From: Candidatus Hermodarchaeota archaeon
GTDB lineage: Archaea; Asgardarchaeota; Lokiarchaeia; Sigyniarchaeales; SOKP01
Assembly: GCA_048885765.1 (NCBI GenBank)
Contig: JBHLLI010000050.1
Location: 3,003 to 27,002, forward strand
Reading direction: 5' to 3'
Length of the DNA stretch: 24,000 bases
Position numbers and translations under genes: made by a program. Below the pieces are notes generated by a model. That model saw only the letters and a list, made by a program, of their open reading frames with translations. It searched no databases and was not told the origin of the DNA. The number at the start of each line of letters is the position of its first letter. Positions within the stretch are counted from its first letter, which is position 1. Shown here piece after piece: positions 22,410 to 24,000 of this stretch.

Positions 22410-23213
22410 ATGACTTTTACGTTAAAATTGGAAAATAGTCGGATATTGAAAGGGATAGTTGAAACTCTCGCGAGTATTATTGACGAAACAGAATTTCGAG
22501 TCACTCCTAAAAAATTCACTATCTCAGCAATGGATCCAAGTAGAATTTGCTTATTAAAACTCTCAATTAATAAGGAAAATTTTGATGATTATCAATGTGA
22601 AAAAGAATCAAAAGTTGGACTTAATTTAGATGACTTAGACAAGATTTTGAAAAGAAGTGCTGCGAACGATTCAGTTGAAATTGATTTTAATGAAGCTGAT
22701 CAGAAGATAAAAATAAAAATGCAACGTGAAGGTGTATCACGCACAAGAACATTTAGCTTAGCATTATTAGATATTGAGATTGAAGAAATTCCAATGGATA
22801 ATCTTTTAAAGATTGAATATCCAGCAAAATGGGTACTTGATCCTGAATTTCTGGTAGAAGCCATAAAAGATGCTGAAATTTACTCTGAAATATTGAATAT
22901 GAATGCGATAGAGGGACAAGGATTAGTTTTTAGTTCTACAGGGCAAATTGGTGAAATGGAATATGATTTGAATGAAGATGATTTGATCGAAACGGATATC
23001 AGTGGTACCAGTAGTGGAGCATATTCTTTAACCTTTTTAAAAGCAATCCTTAAAATAGCTTCCATCACTGAAAAATTAGAAATATCATTAAAAACTGATC
23101 ACCCTTTAAAAATGATTTTCAATCTTCTTGAAGGTGGAGAACTAAGCTACTTTTTAGCACCTCGAGTAGAAGAAGCTGAATTTGAAGACGAAGACGACAT
23201 GGATGAATTTTAA
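22410..23213 (+). CDS. pcn: DNA polymerase sliding clamp PCNA
   Basis: LASIIDETEFRVTPKKFTISAMDPSRICLLKL, LNLDDLDKILKR and the C-terminal YFLAPRVEE are canonical archaeal PCNA blocks. An extra acidic tail AEFEDEDDMDEF follows. Confidence 0.9.
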   Translation: MTFTLKLENSRILKGIVETLASIIDETEFRVTPKKFTISAMDPSRICLLKLSINKENFDDYQCEKESKVGLNLDDLDKILKRSAANDSVEIDFNEADQKIKIKMQREGVSRTRTFSLALLDIEIEEIPMDNLLKIEYPAKWVLDPEFLVEAIKDAEIYSEILNMNAIEGQGLVFSSTGQIGEMEYDLNEDDLIETDISGTSSGAYSLTFLKAILKIASITEKLEISLKTDHPLKMIFNLLEGGELSYFLAPRVEEAEFEDEDDMDEF

Positions 23214-23364
23214 ATGAGTCGTTCTTTTTTTACTTTTGAATATATTTTGGATAAATAAAATTCAAATTTCATAATATCTGAAATTATACCTTCTCACTAT
23301 CAGAAATTAGGAGAAATTTACGGTTTTTAATTATATTTTTAGATAAGGGAGCTTTATCGTAAAT

Positions 23365-24000
23365 ATGAGAATACGACAACGTATTAAGGAAGCTATTCTG
23401 ATAAAAATCGGCAAACCTCGTTATATGAAAATATTAGAAAAAGAAGAGAAAATCACAGATTTATATAATTGTATCTCATTTATTCCAGAATCACCTGTAC
23501 GATTTGAGATTCCTCTAGAAGCGATAAAACGTATCGAAGAAGGGAATCCAACTAAATTCTTCAGATTCAAGATTCTACACGTTATGATTGGAAGTATAAG
23601 AGGTATTTTTAAAGGATTTAAGGAAATCAACAAAAACCCTTCGTGTCCAAAAACAACAATATCCGATATTAAACTTCAAGAATTACAAGAATTCATTATG
23701 TCATTAGGAATTGGTATGATAGGTTATTGCAAAATTCCATCAAAATATATTTTTCAAAATAAAGGTATTTTGTACAAAAATTGCATAGTTTTAATAATGG
23801 AAATGAATAAGGAGAAAATAGATAAAGCACCTAGTTACGACACCTTTCATGAGGTCCATCGCACATATAGGGATCTTGGAATAGCCACGAATAAGATCGC
23901 GAGTTATCTGAGAAAAAATGGATTCGGAGCACATCCAGTACATCCTTTAGGTGGTGCAGTACTCACTCCCCCACTGGCAAAAATTGCTGGTTTGGGGTGG
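23365..24000 (+). CDS. Reductive dehalogenase / epoxyqueuosine reductase (QueG)-family Fe-S protein, N-terminal part (3' end outside the window)
   Basis: Frame 1 is open from ATG 23365 to the window end (212 codons, checked codon by codon). The segment NCIVLIMEMN...YRDLGIATNKIASYLRKNGFGAHP...GGAVLTPPLAKIAGLGW resembles the region preceding the ferredoxin-like Cys clusters of RdhA/QueG proteins (pattern A-x-x-AGLGW). It is absent from the ORF track because it has no stop codon. Confidence 0.5.
   Translation, partial: MRIRQRIKEAILIKIGKPRYMKILEKEEKITDLYNCISFIPESPVRFEIPLEAIKRIEEGNPTKFFRFKILHVMIGSIRGIFKGFKEINKNPSCPKTTISDIKLQELQEFIMSLGIGMIGYCKIPSKYIFQNKGILYKNCIVLIMEMNKEKIDKAPSYDTFHEVHRTYRDLGIATNKIASYLRKNGFGAHPVHPLGGAVLTPPLAKIAGLGW

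Noticed and set aside
22880-23633. Minus-strand ORFs 22880..23068 (inside PCNA) and 23421..23633 (opposite the RdhA/QueG-like ORF)
   Set aside because: They are antisense shadows of ORFs with clear homology patterns.

Overview
This is a strongly AT-rich archaeal chromosomal window. Its backbone is a conserved information-processing block on the + strand: split RNA polymerase subunits A' and A'', then L30e, NusA, S12 and S7. Other housekeeping genes are scattered around it: an archaeal histone, pyrB, L44e-S27e, TFS, PCNA and an RPA-like OB-fold protein. Lineage-specific genes are interspersed: a Ras-superfamily small GTPase next to a metallophosphoesterase, an EamA transporter, several membrane proteins with zinc ribbons, an acyltransferase-3 protein, a GNAT, a VOC protein and a 3'-truncated reductive-dehalogenase/QueG-like gene. 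The gene content, AT-richness and small GTPase suggest an Asgard (Lokiarchaeia-like) archaeon; this is inference only. I found no rRNA, tRNA, CRISPR array or mobile element.

The most notable observations are:
1. A redoxin-family gene at the left edge has both CxxC cysteines replaced by in-frame TGA (putative UxxU selenoprotein). A kink-turn-style SECIS-like stem-loop follows in its 3' UTR.
2. A 655-aa fusion of a winged-helix domain, an ATP-cone and a catalytically dead class III ribonucleotide reductase (NrdD-like) core may be a nucleotide-sensing regulator.
3. A TBP homolog carries only one of the two TBP repeats.
4. A divergent ribosomal protein S13 paralog has a non-basic ~75-aa C-terminal domain of unknown type.
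5. A 2-TM module is shared between two adjacent membrane proteins.

All family assignments come from motif recognition by eye and need profile searches to confirm.
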